Below, one piece after another: positions 47,789 through 58,593 of a DNA stretch of 64,000 nt (position 1 is its first letter; each line of letters begins with the position of its first letter). The position numbers and the translations under genes are program-made. This DNA comes from Candidatus Poribacteria bacterium (GTDB lineage Bacteria > Poribacteria > WGA-4E > WGA-3G). The stretch covers positions 4,098,841-4,162,840 of the forward strand of contig OZ246958.1 in NCBI GenBank assembly GCA_965232115.1, read 5' to 3'. The notes under the pieces were generated by a model that was given only the letters and a program-made list of their open reading frames with translations, searched no databases and was not told where the DNA came from.

Positions 47789-49463
47789 CTCCGCTTTCCT
47801 CAAGAAGAAGTATCTGATTCGCAGCGACACCGCTGATTAACTGTTCGACCCCGTTTTGCCAACGGACTATAATACTGTCTACGTGTTCATAATCACCTAT
47901 TCCGAAATGAAGCGTGAGATCCCGTTGTGAGAGATAACCATCTCCACTCTGCACCTCACGTACCTGTGTAAGTTCGCCGGTCGTTACCTTAACGCGGGTG
48001 CCAATTGCATCCGTAGAACCGTTCGTTGCGATTAAGCGAATTTGTAGATAGTTTTTTCGGTTGCCACCGTCGTTACGGAGCAGTCGAGGGGGCGCGTTGG
48101 AATTTGTTACAACAATATCAATATCGCCATCTAAATCGTAGTCTGCAAAAGTAGCCCCACGGCTTACGTCTTCCAACTTCATACCAGCACCGAGGGCTTC
48201 AGAGGATTCAGTAAAAGTACCGTCCCAGTTATTTTTGAAAAAGAGATTGCGCTGCCCGTAGGTGCCTTCCTGTCCGAGTTCAGCGAGATTCTCGTGCAGA
48301 TGCCCGTTAGCGACGAAAAGGTCTTGATATCCATCGTTATCATAATCAATGAAGGCGGTTGCCCAACCGAGGTACGGGTAGGTAATCTGTGCCGTTTTTG
48401 TGGTGGTAGTTGCGTCTGTGAAAAAACCGTCTGCATCGTTACGATAGAGGGTATTCGTCTGGTCAGCATAATTGGTGACAGTGAGATCAAACCATCCATC
48501 GTTATTCCAATCGCCAAATGCGGTTCCCATACCGTTTTCAGGGACACCGTCTTCGCTGAGTGCAACGCCAACCATGAAACCGACTTCCTCAAAAGTGCCA
48601 TCACCGTTATTGCGGTAGAAAAGATTCTCTGTAGAATCATTCGCGACGTAGATATCAAGTGCCCCGTCGTTATCGTAGTCGCCCCAGACAACGCCTAACC
48701 CCTTGCCAGTCGTATTGTAAATTCCGGCAGATTTGGTAACGTCAGTAAACGTGCCATCACCATTATTGCGATAAAGCGTATCGGATTGGGCGGGGAAGTT
48801 ATCGGGTTCACAATAGGCGCGGATCCCCTTTTCTTTCAGTCCACACCATGGATTCTCAGCGATATCAAAAACGATATAGTTAACGACGTAGAGATCAAGG
48901 TCGCCATCACGGTCATAATCAGCGAACGCACAACTGGTACTCCAACGCGGCTCGGTCACGCCTGCGGTTTCGGCGACATCCGTGAACGTGCCGTCCCCGT
49001 TGTTGCGATAGAGCCGATTCGTGCCGTAGTTCGTGACATAAAGATCCAGGTGACCGTCGTTATTGTAGTCGCCGACAGCACATCCGTGTCCGTAGCCGGT
49101 ATCTCCGACTCCGGCTATTTTGGTAACATCCGTAAAGGCACCATCGCCGTTATTGCGATAGAGCCGATTGGTCGGGATTTCTTCAGAGACATATCCAGGG
49201 AGCGGTGCACCATCAACGAAATACAAATCGGCATCACCATCAGCATCGTAATCAAAAAAAGCCGCACCCGAACCGAGTGTCTCCATAAAATATTTCCGTC
49301 CACTCCGTCCGTCTGTGTGCTTCCAGTGGATACCCGCCTCCTGTGTTACATCAACAAACTGAATACCTGTGTTCGATGCTGCAGGTGAAGTTGCATCACT
49401 TGGTGCAAAAATCGCTATGAGGACAAGTAGACAGATATTTATACCTTTATTTCGTCTTTTCAT
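47781..49463 (-). CDS. secreted FG-GAP/VCBS-repeat protein (CRTAC1/ASPIC-UnbV-like)
   Basis: Signal peptide. At least 6 repeats of the YRNNGDGTFTDVT and DYDNDG type. Confidence 0.75.
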   Translation of the reverse strand: MKRRNKGINICLLVLIAIFAPSDATSPAASNTGIQFVDVTQEAGIHWKHTDGRSGRKYFMETLGSGAAFFDYDADGDADLYFVDGAPLPGYVSEEIPTNRLYRNNGDGAFTDVTKIAGVGDTGYGHGCAVGDYNNDGHLDLYVTNYGTNRLYRNNGDGTFTDVAETAGVTEPRWSTSCAFADYDRDGDLDLYVVNYIVFDIAENPWCGLKEKGIRAYCEPDNFPAQSDTLYRNNGDGTFTDVTKSAGIYNTTGKGLGVVWGDYDNDGALDIYVANDSTENLFYRNNGDGTFEEVGFMVGVALSEDGVPENGMGTAFGDWNNDGWFDLTVTNYADQTNTLYRNDADGFFTDATTTTKTAQITYPYLGWATAFIDYDNDGYQDLFVANGHLHENLAELGQEGTYGQRNLFFKNNWDGTFTESSEALGAGMKLEDVSRGATFADYDLDGDIDIVVTNSNAPPRLLRNDGGNRKNYLQIRLIATNGSTDAIGTRVKVTTGELTQVREVQSGDGYLSQRDLTLHFGIGDYEHVDSIIVRWQNGVEQLISGVAANQILLLEESGDE

Positions 49464-50754
49464 CTGCCTCCTTCATCTTTGTCAATGTCTGTCGAAAGGC
49501 CTTGTTTTCAGGATCCATTTCGATTGCGGTCTGAATTGCTTTTAGGGCATTTTCACGCTTGCCTGCTTGAAAATAAGCCAAAGCGAGTGTTTGCATATAC
49601 TGCGGTGATTGTGTGAGGTGAAACGCTTTTTCAGCGTGTGCGATAGCATCCTGCAACTCGACCCTTTGTAAAATGTAAAGGCGCGCTAAGGCGTTTAGTG
49701 CGTAATGTGCGTTGGCATCCAGTTCTAAGGCTACCTGAAACGCCGAGATTGCTTTGTCAATTTTCCCATATTTCGCATAAACAAGCCCAAGTTGATACTG
49801 TTTTAGGGGGTTGTTCGGTTCAATGAGAATGGCGCGTTCGCGGTCCTCAATCTCCTCCGCGATTGCATTGAGCCGACGGTAGATTTCCATTGCCCGCTTT
49901 CCCTCTTCAGGTCGTTTGAGTCGAAAGAGTGCTTGAGCAAGGTTATAGTATGCTCCTACGTGATCGCTCTGCTGCGTGATAACCTGCTGGTACTCCATAG
50001 CGGCACGTTGGAATTGACGCTTTTTCGTGAGAACCAAGCCGAGGCAATACCGTGCGGCAGTAAACCGGGGATCGTGTCGGACAGCCTTTTCTAAAAGCGG
50101 GAGTGCCTTATCCAATTCCCCCTGTTTTTGATAGATAGCACCCAAGTTCCCATTCGCCATGGAAAGGTTGGGGTCTTGTGCTAAGGCAGCTTTGTAATAG
50201 CGGATTGCTTGTACCTCCTGTTTGACGGCTTCATAACAAGAGGCGAGATTGCTCATCGCGGCGGTGTGGTTGGGGGAATGCTTAAGGCTTTCCTGATAGG
50301 CTTCAATCGCCTCTTTATATCGATCCGCCTGCTGATAGGCAGAGGCGATACCCAACCATACTTGCAATGATTCGGGGTGCTTTTGAATAAGGTCTTGATA
50401 AACCCGGATAGCGTCATCAAAGCGTTCGGTTCTCGCGTAGAGCAAGGCGAGATTGGACTTAGCCTGAACCAGATCGGGGGCTCTATGCAGCGCACGTGTA
50501 AGTGCCTTCTCAGATGCGGGAAAATCACCGAGTTGGAGGTAAACTGTGCCTAAAGCGGCGTGTGCTTTGGCAAAGTCTGGGTTTAAATCAACAGCGCGGT
50601 GAAGATATTGGAGGGCCTGTGGATATTCGCCTTGCCGTACGGCTTGCATACCGCGGGCGTAGAGATTTTCTGGGGTTTGCGCGACAGCATCACACACAGC
50701 ACCCACTATAACGATTAGAAGACAGGCGACGAACGATATACCCTTTGGCAACAT
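49447..50754 (-). CDS. secreted tetratricopeptide-repeat protein
   Basis: Signal peptide, then ~10 TPR units (A..Y..LG..Y...G....A...Y..AL). Confidence 0.75.
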   Translation of the reverse strand: MLPKGISFVACLLIVIVGAVCDAVAQTPENLYARGMQAVRQGEYPQALQYLHRAVDLNPDFAKAHAALGTVYLQLGDFPASEKALTRALHRAPDLVQAKSNLALLYARTERFDDAIRVYQDLIQKHPESLQVWLGIASAYQQADRYKEAIEAYQESLKHSPNHTAAMSNLASCYEAVKQEVQAIRYYKAALAQDPNLSMANGNLGAIYQKQGELDKALPLLEKAVRHDPRFTAARYCLGLVLTKKRQFQRAAMEYQQVITQQSDHVGAYYNLAQALFRLKRPEEGKRAMEIYRRLNAIAEEIEDRERAILIEPNNPLKQYQLGLVYAKYGKIDKAISAFQVALELDANAHYALNALARLYILQRVELQDAIAHAEKAFHLTQSPQYMQTLALAYFQAGKRENALKAIQTAIEMDPENKAFRQTLTKMKEADEKTK

Positions 50755-50896
50755 AGATGTTATCCTCCGCTGCCAATTTTAGCCTGAAACAGCACATCGC
50801 GTCAAGGGTTTATTGGAGTTAGGTTTGGGTATCTCGTTTTGAGTTTCTGTTGATTCTATGGGATAAGTCCGAACCAGTAAATTTTCCAATAACAAC

Positions 50897-51484
50897 TTAA
50901 TCAAAATACTCGTCTTCTTCAAACGCTGTCCACGATTTAAACACCGGAAATGGACGCGGAAAATCGTCGTTGCTAATATTCAACTTGAATCTCATCTTCT
51001 CACTATCAAAAAGATCACGAATCGAAATGGAAATGCCAGAAGTTTCAATGCAGTTGTCGCACTGTGTTGGGAGTATCTGCTCTGAACGAGGGGTCTGAAA
51101 ATAAATTCTGTATTCCGAACCCGCCTTTTCAATGCGATAATTCTCGGCTGAAATTTCCCACTCATTTAGGGCAGTTTGACCTTCGGCATATTGTGCCCAA
51201 AGTTCAACACCATCAAAGAAATCAATGATGACCCCCTTTCTCTTATTCGCGTCTTTAGAGGGATCAAATTGCCGAAATGAACGACCTTTCAGTTCCGCTT
51301 TTATCTCTTGTTCCTGTGCACTATCCACTGGTTGCAATGGATTCAGGCAAGAAAAAAAGATTGAGTATGTGAAGATAAGAATGAGAGGCACAAGATATAG
51401 TTTTCCGTTTGTTGTATTTGCTTTAAGGGCAATGCGTTGGGTGAAAAAGCTGAGCTTTCGCATGTCTATTTTCTCCTGTTCCAT
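50897..51484 (-). CDS. hypothetical exported/membrane-anchored protein
   Basis: N-terminal hydrophobic segment (LYLVPLILIFTYSIFFSC). No recognisable family. Confidence 0.35.
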   Translation of the reverse strand: MEQEKIDMRKLSFFTQRIALKANTTNGKLYLVPLILIFTYSIFFSCLNPLQPVDSAQEQEIKAELKGRSFRQFDPSKDANKRKGVIIDFFDGVELWAQYAEGQTALNEWEISAENYRIEKAGSEYRIYFQTPRSEQILPTQCDNCIETSGISISIRDLFDSEKMRFKLNISNDDFPRPFPVFKSWTAFEEDEYFD

Positions 51485-51627
51485 TTTTTATTGACTAATT
51501 GTAGCGTTAAAGGAGCGAAATTTTCAAAAGAAAGAGGATAGTACGCGTTAGTCCAATGTGATTATGCTTGATCTATAACACCTCCTCTGGTAAAATAGGC
51601 AGATATTTCACGATTGGAGAAGATGTT

Positions 51628-52656
51628 ATGCAGGAAATTGTGGTAAATTCAGCGAGGTTACGGGATTTCGCTCGAGTGCTTTGTGAAAAGGCAGGGCTCC
51701 GTTCGGAAGATGCAGCAACAATTGCGAGACATCAGGTGCTCACCGACTTACGCGGTGTCCATTCACACGGGACACGTGCCTTGCCGGGCTACCTCAATCT
51801 CGTCCTTGATGGCAAGATGAAGGCAAAACCCGAACTTCGCATCGCAACGGATGGACCGAGTTTTGCTGTCGTTGATGGCGATAACGGGATCGGACATCTT
51901 GCAAGCACGTTGGCAATGGAAACAGCAATAGAGAAAGCCGAGACAACCGGTATCGCGGCAGCAGGTGTTCGCAACGCTGGACATTTCGGGGCAGCGGCGT
52001 GCTATTCGATCATGGCGGCATCAAAACAGATGATCGGATTTTCGACAACGAACACTGGCGGCGCCTCTATTGTAGCACCGGGTGGCGCGGAGGCGGTAGT
52101 CGCAAACAACGCCATGAGTTACGCCTTGCCTGTTGGTGATGGACATCCCATTGTACTGGATATGGCATGTGGCGTTTCTGCTTGGGGGAAGATCGGCACA
52201 CTCCGAATGTATGGCAAACCGATTCCTGAAGGATGGCTTATAGATGAGACAGGTCAACCGACGAGCGATCCAGATAAGGGACGCTTTCTCGCACCCGCAG
52301 CGGGACCTCGTGGTTACGGATTAGCACTCATCATGGGCATCCTCGCGGGTCCCCTATGCGGTGGCTTGATGGCGTGTAACAAATCCGGCGATCCATCTGA
52401 GCACTTCTTTTTCGCGCTGAATGTTGCGAGTTTCACGGATTACGCAGGATATGCCGAGGAAATCCAGCGCGGTATCGGTAAGATTCACACTTCAAAAACG
52501 GCAGAAGGCGTGGCGCAAGCCTATCTTCCCGGCGAAATCGAGTGGAATAACTACGATAACTATCTTGAGAACGGCATTCCGATCCATGTAGACCATTTAC
52601 GTGGTCTCGCGGACCTCGCGGAGAAGTTAGATGTCTCAATCTGTTGGGAATGGTAA
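51628..52656 (+). CDS. Ldh_2-family (malate/L-lactate/sulfolactate dehydrogenase type 2) oxidoreductase
   Basis: RHQVLTDLRGVHSHGTRALPGY and AAAGVRNAGHFGAAA blocks typical of Ldh_2. GGAG RBS. Confidence 0.7.
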   Translation: MQEIVVNSARLRDFARVLCEKAGLRSEDAATIARHQVLTDLRGVHSHGTRALPGYLNLVLDGKMKAKPELRIATDGPSFAVVDGDNGIGHLASTLAMETAIEKAETTGIAAAGVRNAGHFGAAACYSIMAASKQMIGFSTTNTGGASIVAPGGAEAVVANNAMSYALPVGDGHPIVLDMACGVSAWGKIGTLRMYGKPIPEGWLIDETGQPTSDPDKGRFLAPAAGPRGYGLALIMGILAGPLCGGLMACNKSGDPSEHFFFALNVASFTDYAGYAEEIQRGIGKIHTSKTAEGVAQAYLPGEIEWNNYDNYLENGIPIHVDHLRGLADLAEKLDVSICWEW

Positions 52657-52720
52657 GAAATTCAGAACAACACGTCAATGCTTCAATCCGCAATCAAACC
52701 TAAAGAGAGGAGGCAATAAT

Positions 52721-54217
52721 ATGGCAGAAACCAAAGAAACTGTAGATGGTGGCACGCTTCCCGATTGGGAGGTTGACGATTTACCTGCCCCACCGCCGTA
52801 TCAGTTTGGAAAAGCGTTTCGGAATATCTTAGGTCCCGGCATCATCGCGTTAGGCGGTTCAATTGGAAGTGGTGAGTGGCTGCTGGGGCCTGCGATTACC
52901 GCACAATACGGGGGTAGGTTGCTCTGGATTGCGACAATCGCCATCTTGCTTCAGGTTATCCTGAACACAGAGGCAATTCGCTATACACTTTACACCGGCG
53001 AACCGATGATGAGCGGTTATATGCGATGTAAACCCGGCGCGCCTTTTTGGATGACTTTCTACTCAGGTATCAACTTTTTCGGGATTTGGCCCGGCTGGGC
53101 AATGACGGCTGCGACGGCATTGGCTGCCGCATGGCTCGGCTATATGCCACAAGACGCAGATGGCGGGACGGTGCGTGTATTCGCATATCTCATCTTTTTC
53201 AGCTGTTTAGGGATTGTGCTGTTTGGAGGGAAGATTTACAACTCGCTTGAGAAAGTACAACTCTTTATGGTCATTTGGATCATCAGTTACCTTGTCGTCA
53301 TAGACCTGTTTATGGTGTCGCCGAAAGTTTGGTGGGGCGTTATTAAAGGGTTCTTTAGTTTCGGAGCACTGCCGACTGCAGGAGAAGACGGACAGGTCAA
53401 TTGGCTGTTGGTCGGTGCGTTTGCGGCGTATGCAGGCAGTGGTGGCTTAGGCAACGTTGGCATTACCCATTACGTCCGCGATAAAGGGTGGGGAATGAGC
53501 AGCCTTGTCGGTGCGATTCCCTCCATGATTGGTGGCCAGCACGTAACCCTCTCACACTGGGGCAAAGTGTTTCGTATTACACCCGAAAACCTACAGAAGT
53601 TCAAAGAATGGTGGAAATATGTCAAGTTTGAACAGTATTATATTTGGATGATCGGGTGTTTCGTCGGTATCGCGTTGCCCGCAATGTTGACCTTGCAGTA
53701 CGTGCCTCAGGGACAGGAGATGGAACAGTGGTCGGCAGCGGCAATGCAAGCGGAGGGACTTGAGGAAAAAGGCGGCAGAATTATGTGGTATCTCACACTG
53801 CTTTGCGGCTTCTGGGTGCTGTTTTCGACACAACTCGGTGGTGTAGATGGCGTGCCGCGCGGTTTTACGGATATTATTTGGACCGGTGTAAGACGGGCAA
53901 GAAACTTGGGTGAAAATAGCGCGAAATGGATTTATTATCCAATTCTGGCGGTTTATATTGTCTGGGGCATCATTGCAATGTATCTCGCCAAACCGTTCTT
54001 TATGATCCTCGTATCGGCAACGATTGGTGGGTATCTCCTTGTATTTTCGGCATTACATACGCTTTACGTGAACCGAAAATTCTTACCGCCAGAGATCCAG
54101 GCACCGTTGTGGAAACAGATTGGATTGGTGTTGTGCGCTGGTTACTATTCGATTTTCGGAACTATCACCGTCTATCAAAAAGTGCTTGTGCCTTATGTAT
54201 TTCCGATTTTTGGGTAA
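52721..54217 (+). CDS. polytopic membrane transporter, Nramp/APC-superfamily-like
   Basis: 10-12 predicted TM helices. The N-terminal GPGIIALGGSIGSGEWLLGPAITAQYGGRLLW pattern resembles the Nramp first repeat only distantly. Confidence 0.4.
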   Translation: MAETKETVDGGTLPDWEVDDLPAPPPYQFGKAFRNILGPGIIALGGSIGSGEWLLGPAITAQYGGRLLWIATIAILLQVILNTEAIRYTLYTGEPMMSGYMRCKPGAPFWMTFYSGINFFGIWPGWAMTAATALAAAWLGYMPQDADGGTVRVFAYLIFFSCLGIVLFGGKIYNSLEKVQLFMVIWIISYLVVIDLFMVSPKVWWGVIKGFFSFGALPTAGEDGQVNWLLVGAFAAYAGSGGLGNVGITHYVRDKGWGMSSLVGAIPSMIGGQHVTLSHWGKVFRITPENLQKFKEWWKYVKFEQYYIWMIGCFVGIALPAMLTLQYVPQGQEMEQWSAAAMQAEGLEEKGGRIMWYLTLLCGFWVLFSTQLGGVDGVPRGFTDIIWTGVRRARNLGENSAKWIYYPILAVYIVWGIIAMYLAKPFFMILVSATIGGYLLVFSALHTLYVNRKFLPPEIQAPLWKQIGLVLCAGYYSIFGTITVYQKVLVPYVFPIFG

Positions 54218-54350
54218 GCTGCCTCATTAAGTAGGGCTATGCCTGGATCAAAACTTGCTTTGACTTTGTATCCAAGATAGGATATACTATAGATATAGGC
54301 AATGACTTCTGGCTATGCCCTTTCAAATATTCGCAAACAGGGGGAACCCA

Positions 54351-54731
54351 ATGCAAGCAAATGAACAGATCCTCCAAAAACTGGAGGATATAGAGAAGCA
54401 TTTTACAAATCTTGAGTCCGATGTAAAAGCACTTGATGCTGCACAGAAGGCACGTGACGACCTCCAGAAAGTCCAGAACGACGCACAAGAACAGCGATTG
54501 AACCGGATCGAGTCTGAACTGAAGGAGACTCGAACGGAAATGATTGAGCTCCGAAAAGAGGGGACCGACCTGCGTGTGAGTCAGACGAGAGTTGAAGCAA
54601 AACTTGATGGGCTTATTGATCATATAAAGGAACAAAAAATTGACAAAAGTGAAAACTGGAAAATAACCGGAATCGTCGCTTCTATTCTCATCGGTGTGGC
54701 AGCCTTCTTGAAATCTTTCTTTTTCGGATAA
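54351..54731 (+). CDS. coiled-coil protein with a C-terminal TM anchor, hypothetical
   Basis: Heptad-rich Q/E/K/L sequence, then ITGIVASILIGVAAFL. AGGGGGA RBS. Confidence 0.45.
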   Translation: MQANEQILQKLEDIEKHFTNLESDVKALDAAQKARDDLQKVQNDAQEQRLNRIESELKETRTEMIELRKEGTDLRVSQTRVEAKLDGLIDHIKEQKIDKSENWKITGIVASILIGVAAFLKSFFFG

Positions 54732-54783
54732 GCTGCCTCTCCCCCCGGCGATAGCATATCTTGCAAGATTGAACTGCTACATT

Positions 54784-56316
54784 TCACATCCTTTGGTACT
54801 CTCCAATAATTACCTCTACAAGGCTCTCTATTGAAGCTTCCTTTGCAATCACGTTAACCTGCACGCCATATTTCACTGCCGTCTTTTGCGTTGTGGGACC
54901 AATCACGGCGACCTTGACATCAGCGAGTAATACTTCAGGAGCATGTGTCGGGAACATCTCCAAGAAGTTTGTAACCGTTGAGGAACTGGTGAACGTGACG
55001 AAATTAATTCTGCCGCTCAAGAGGTCGGCTTCAATTTCATCTCGCCTATTATCGCCATCGCTTGCTACTTTGACGGTATCGTAGAGAGGTACATCATCGA
55101 CGCGTGCCCCTTTCTCACGCAAACCGTTGGGTAGGTCGGCAGTGGCAATTTTCGCGCGCGGGAGGAGGATCTTCTTCTCGTTGACATCTGTCATTTCAGC
55201 AGCGATAGCACTTCCATGGGAGTGCGATGGAACAAAATCGGGATGAATGCCGATGTGGTTAAGAGCATTTACTGTTTTTGGTCCAACGGCACAGATTTTG
55301 TTTGTGCTGAATGCGCGAGCATCCTTCCCATTTTCGCGTAAGCGTTCATAGAAGATTTCCACGGCGTTAACACTTGTAAAGATAATCCAATCGTATCCTT
55401 TCGGAGAAGGTATGTCCTCGTTCTCAATAGGTTGAATCTCTATGGTAGGGAATTGGATAACTTCGGCACCGTTTGCCTCCAAAAGTTCAGCGAACCCGCT
55501 CGCTTGGGCTCGGGCACGTGTAACAAGTATTCGTTTTCCGAAAAGTGGTTTGGTGTCAAACCATCGGAGTTGTTCACGGAGCCGGTTCACTTCACCGACG
55601 ACGATAACTGCCGGACTTTCCAGTTGGGCTGCTTCAACCTTTTGAACAATATCATCCAAGGTGCCTTGGACGACCTGCTGTTGTGGTGTGGTCCCCACAC
55701 GGACCAAACTCACAGGGGTTTGCGGGTCTCTGCCGTGTGTTATAAGCCGTTCAGCAATCTGATGCAGATGCGCAACACCCATGTAAACGACGAGCGTATC
55801 TACCGCTGTGGCAAGGTCCTCCCAATTGATGTTTGAATCCGGACGTAATGCGGCGGAATGCCCTGTAACAAACGCTACTGACGAAGCGTAGTCGCGATGT
55901 GTGACCGGAATACCCGCATAAGCAGATGCGGCAATCGCAGAAGTGATACCCGGAACCACCTCAAACGGAACACCCGCCTCGGTGAGAGCGACTGCCTCTT
56001 CGCCACCCCTTCCGAAGATATAAGGGTCTCCGCCTTTGAGACGCACGACCACTTTACCGGCTTTCGCATGTTCAACAAGCATCTGATTGAGTTCAGTTTG
56101 GCGCGTCGCTCGGATTCTTGGGTCGGGTGCTCGGATTTTCTCGGTGTGCGCCGGGCAGTGTTCCAAGAGGGCATCGTTCAGCAATAAATCATAGATGACA
56201 ACATCTGCGCGTTGGAGACACTCTACACCTTTGAGTGTGATAAGTTTTTGATCGCCTGGACCCGCACCTACAATATAAACAATGCCGGTATCCGATTTAT
56301 CTGAAGATGCGTTCAT
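54784..56316 (-). CDS. cobA-hemD: bifunctional uroporphyrinogen-III C-methyltransferase / uroporphyrinogen-III synthase (CobA-HemD fusion)
   Basis: N-terminal SUMT signature VYIVGAGPGDQKLITLKGVECLQRADVVIYD. The C-terminal ~250 aa are HemD-like. Confidence 0.8.
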   Translation of the reverse strand: MNASSDKSDTGIVYIVGAGPGDQKLITLKGVECLQRADVVIYDLLLNDALLEHCPAHTEKIRAPDPRIRATRQTELNQMLVEHAKAGKVVVRLKGGDPYIFGRGGEEAVALTEAGVPFEVVPGITSAIAASAYAGIPVTHRDYASSVAFVTGHSAALRPDSNINWEDLATAVDTLVVYMGVAHLHQIAERLITHGRDPQTPVSLVRVGTTPQQQVVQGTLDDIVQKVEAAQLESPAVIVVGEVNRLREQLRWFDTKPLFGKRILVTRARAQASGFAELLEANGAEVIQFPTIEIQPIENEDIPSPKGYDWIIFTSVNAVEIFYERLRENGKDARAFSTNKICAVGPKTVNALNHIGIHPDFVPSHSHGSAIAAEMTDVNEKKILLPRAKIATADLPNGLREKGARVDDVPLYDTVKVASDGDNRRDEIEADLLSGRINFVTFTSSSTVTNFLEMFPTHAPEVLLADVKVAVIGPTTQKTAVKYGVQVNVIAKEASIESLVEVIIGEYQRM

Positions 56317-56327
56317 CAGGAGTTCCC

Positions 56328-57242
56328 CTATAACCTCAACAGTTCAGTTGCACCACTACTTTGAAGTTTTTCGGCTACGATTTCGCCCAAGTGTTTTGCT
56401 GCATCAGGTATCCCGGTGGCAGTCTCTACAATACGATGGATTCCCTCCGGGTGACACACAGTGGCAATAAGCGAAAGTTCACCATCAACATGCCAAGCAT
56501 GTGCACCGACAGGGATTTGGCATCCACCGCCGAGGCTTTCCAATACAGCCCTTTCAGCAGTAGCCTCAGCAACCGTCTGCGAATCGTTAAGAGGCGAGAG
56601 CAATGCTTTGATAGCACTATCACCTTCTCGTGCTTCAATCGCAAGGGCACCCTGTCCGACAGCGGGGACCATCCGTTCTATATCAAAATATTGCGTGATA
56701 ATTTCGGGGTCAAGGAGGCGTTTGATACCGGCTGCAGCGAGTATAATGCCGTCAAGGTCAGTTTCACGAAGCTTGCGTAACCGCGTATCGACGTTCCCTC
56801 GGACATCAACGACCCGCAGATTTGGACGCATACCCAGAAGTTGCGCCTTCCGACGTGGACTTGTAGTGCCGATCTTTGCACCACCGAGCAAATCTTCCAA
56901 GGGGAACCCCGTGGCAGTGATAAGCACATCTCGGGGATCCTCTCGCTCTGGAATAGCTGCGATGCAGAGACCTTGTGGCAACTCTGTCGGAAGATCCTTC
57001 AAACTATGGACTGCGATGTCAATGTCCCGCGTCAAGAGCGCGTCTTCTATCTCCTTGGTAAATACCCCTTTACCGAGCCCAAGGAGTGAACCCTCTGGAT
57101 TGGTGTCCCCAGTGGTTTTGATGACCTCTATATGGACCTCAAGATTCGGAAAATGGGTTTCCAATTGATTTCTAACAAATTGTGCTTGCCAGCGCGCGAG
57201 TTGACTACCACGTGTGCCGATTGTAAGCGAGTTCTGCATCAA
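56328..57242 (-). CDS. hemC: hydroxymethylbilane synthase (porphobilinogen deaminase)
   Basis: IGTRGSQLARWQA and the dipyrromethane-cofactor region GGGCQIPVGA. Confidence 0.9.
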   Translation of the reverse strand: MMQNSLTIGTRGSQLARWQAQFVRNQLETHFPNLEVHIEVIKTTGDTNPEGSLLGLGKGVFTKEIEDALLTRDIDIAVHSLKDLPTELPQGLCIAAIPEREDPRDVLITATGFPLEDLLGGAKIGTTSPRRKAQLLGMRPNLRVVDVRGNVDTRLRKLRETDLDGIILAAAGIKRLLDPEIITQYFDIERMVPAVGQGALAIEAREGDSAIKALLSPLNDSQTVAEATAERAVLESLGGGCQIPVGAHAWHVDGELSLIATVCHPEGIHRIVETATGIPDAAKHLGEIVAEKLQSSGATELLRL

Positions 57243-57291
57243 AGTTCCTTGTGACTTAAAGGAGTGTGTAATGACCGAGGTATAGATTTAC

Positions 57292-58593
57292 CTACAACTC
57301 CGAATTATCATCGTTAACATCCAGTTCAAACAGTTCTTGCAAGGCTTGGACATATTGGGCATGGTCGGCATCACCATCGTTGACAGCACATCGGAGATTT
57401 TGCATGGGATGATGGAGCAGTTTTTTAACGATCGCCTGCGTCATAGAGGTGATAGCAGCCTCCTGCTGATCGGAGAGTGTTGTTTTGTAGAAGCACGCTT
57501 GCAATTCGCTATCAGCGATCTGCCGAAACTGCTGATGGATTGCCTTAATTGTAGGATTAACCTGAAAGACTTGTAATTGGTTGTAGAACCCTTTGGCTTC
57601 TTCAGTGACGATCCGTTCTGCCTGGACGGCTTCTTGCTGTCTGTCTTGGAGGTTGGAGGCAACAACAGCTTCAAGGTCATCAATATTATAGAGAAAAGCG
57701 TGGTCAATCTTACTCACATCTGGATCAATATCGCGCGGAACTGCGATGTCAATGAGAAACATATACCGATGCTTACGTTTTCGCATGAGGTCGGCGAGGG
57801 GTTTCCGCTTGATAAGGTACTCAGGGGCATTGGTAGAACTAATAACAATGTCGGCATCAATAAGGAAACCGAGGTCGCTCTCATAAGCAAGAGGTGTCCC
57901 GTTAAACTTCTCGGCGACTTTGACGGCGCGCGTATAAGTGCGGTTTGCAACGATGACCTTGGAAACACCATTCGCAACAAGATGCTTCGCAGTCAGTTCA
58001 CTCATCTCACCGGCACCGAGAATCGCGACAGTTTTGCCTTCAAGCGTATTAAAAATTTTCTTGGCGAGTTCAACAGCGGCGTAACTAATAGAGACAGCAC
58101 CCGTAGTGATTGCTGTCTCGGAACGGACGCGTTTACCAACACTAAAGGCTTTGGTGAAAAGCCGATTGAGGATAGAGCCTACAGCACCCGATGAACGCGA
58201 AAGGTCGTAAGCGGTTTTGATTTGCCCCAATATTTGGGACTCACCGACGACCATAGAATCAAGGCTCGATGTCACTCTGAAGAGATGCTGGATCGTCCCA
58301 AGGTTATGGCGGAGATAGCACCATTTCTTAAGCGATTCGACGCGCATCTGATGGAATTGGGCAAGAAACTCAAGGAGCATTTTGGCGGCTGCATCAGCAT
58401 TTCGAATTGCATGCGCAACCGCATAAAGTTCCACCCGGTTACAGGTAGAGAGAATCACTGCCTCTTGAACCTGATCAGATTCGCACAAGCGTTGGAGGGA
58501 TTCAATAAGTTGTTCTTCGGAAAACGCCAACTTCTCCCTAAACTCAATGGGAGCAACATGATGGCTGGTTCCGACGGAGACAAGCTGGTTCAT
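57292..58593 (-). CDS. hemA: glutamyl-tRNA reductase
   Basis: ILSTCNRVELY catalytic-Cys motif, GESQILGQIK, NADPH domain ILGAGEMSE. Confidence 0.9.
   Translation of the reverse strand: MNQLVSVGTSHHVAPIEFREKLAFSEEQLIESLQRLCESDQVQEAVILSTCNRVELYAVAHAIRNADAAAKMLLEFLAQFHQMRVESLKKWCYLRHNLGTIQHLFRVTSSLDSMVVGESQILGQIKTAYDLSRSSGAVGSILNRLFTKAFSVGKRVRSETAITTGAVSISYAAVELAKKIFNTLEGKTVAILGAGEMSELTAKHLVANGVSKVIVANRTYTRAVKVAEKFNGTPLAYESDLGFLIDADIVISSTNAPEYLIKRKPLADLMRKRKHRYMFLIDIAVPRDIDPDVSKIDHAFLYNIDDLEAVVASNLQDRQQEAVQAERIVTEEAKGFYNQLQVFQVNPTIKAIHQQFRQIADSELQACFYKTTLSDQQEAAITSMTQAIVKKLLHHPMQNLRCAVNDGDADHAQYVQALQELFELDVNDDNSEL

Noticed and set aside
48179-49388. ORFs on both strands within the FG-GAP gene (48179-48691, 48294-48698, 48786-49388)
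   Set aside because: They are shadow frames of the repeat-rich FG-GAP coding sequence. The sense frame carries the conserved NNGDGTF/DYDNDG repeats.
56361-57168. Plus-strand ORFs (56361-56780, 56461-57168) opposite hemC
   Set aside because: Arg/Ser-rich shadow frames. The minus-strand frame encodes a full-length, motif-complete HemC.
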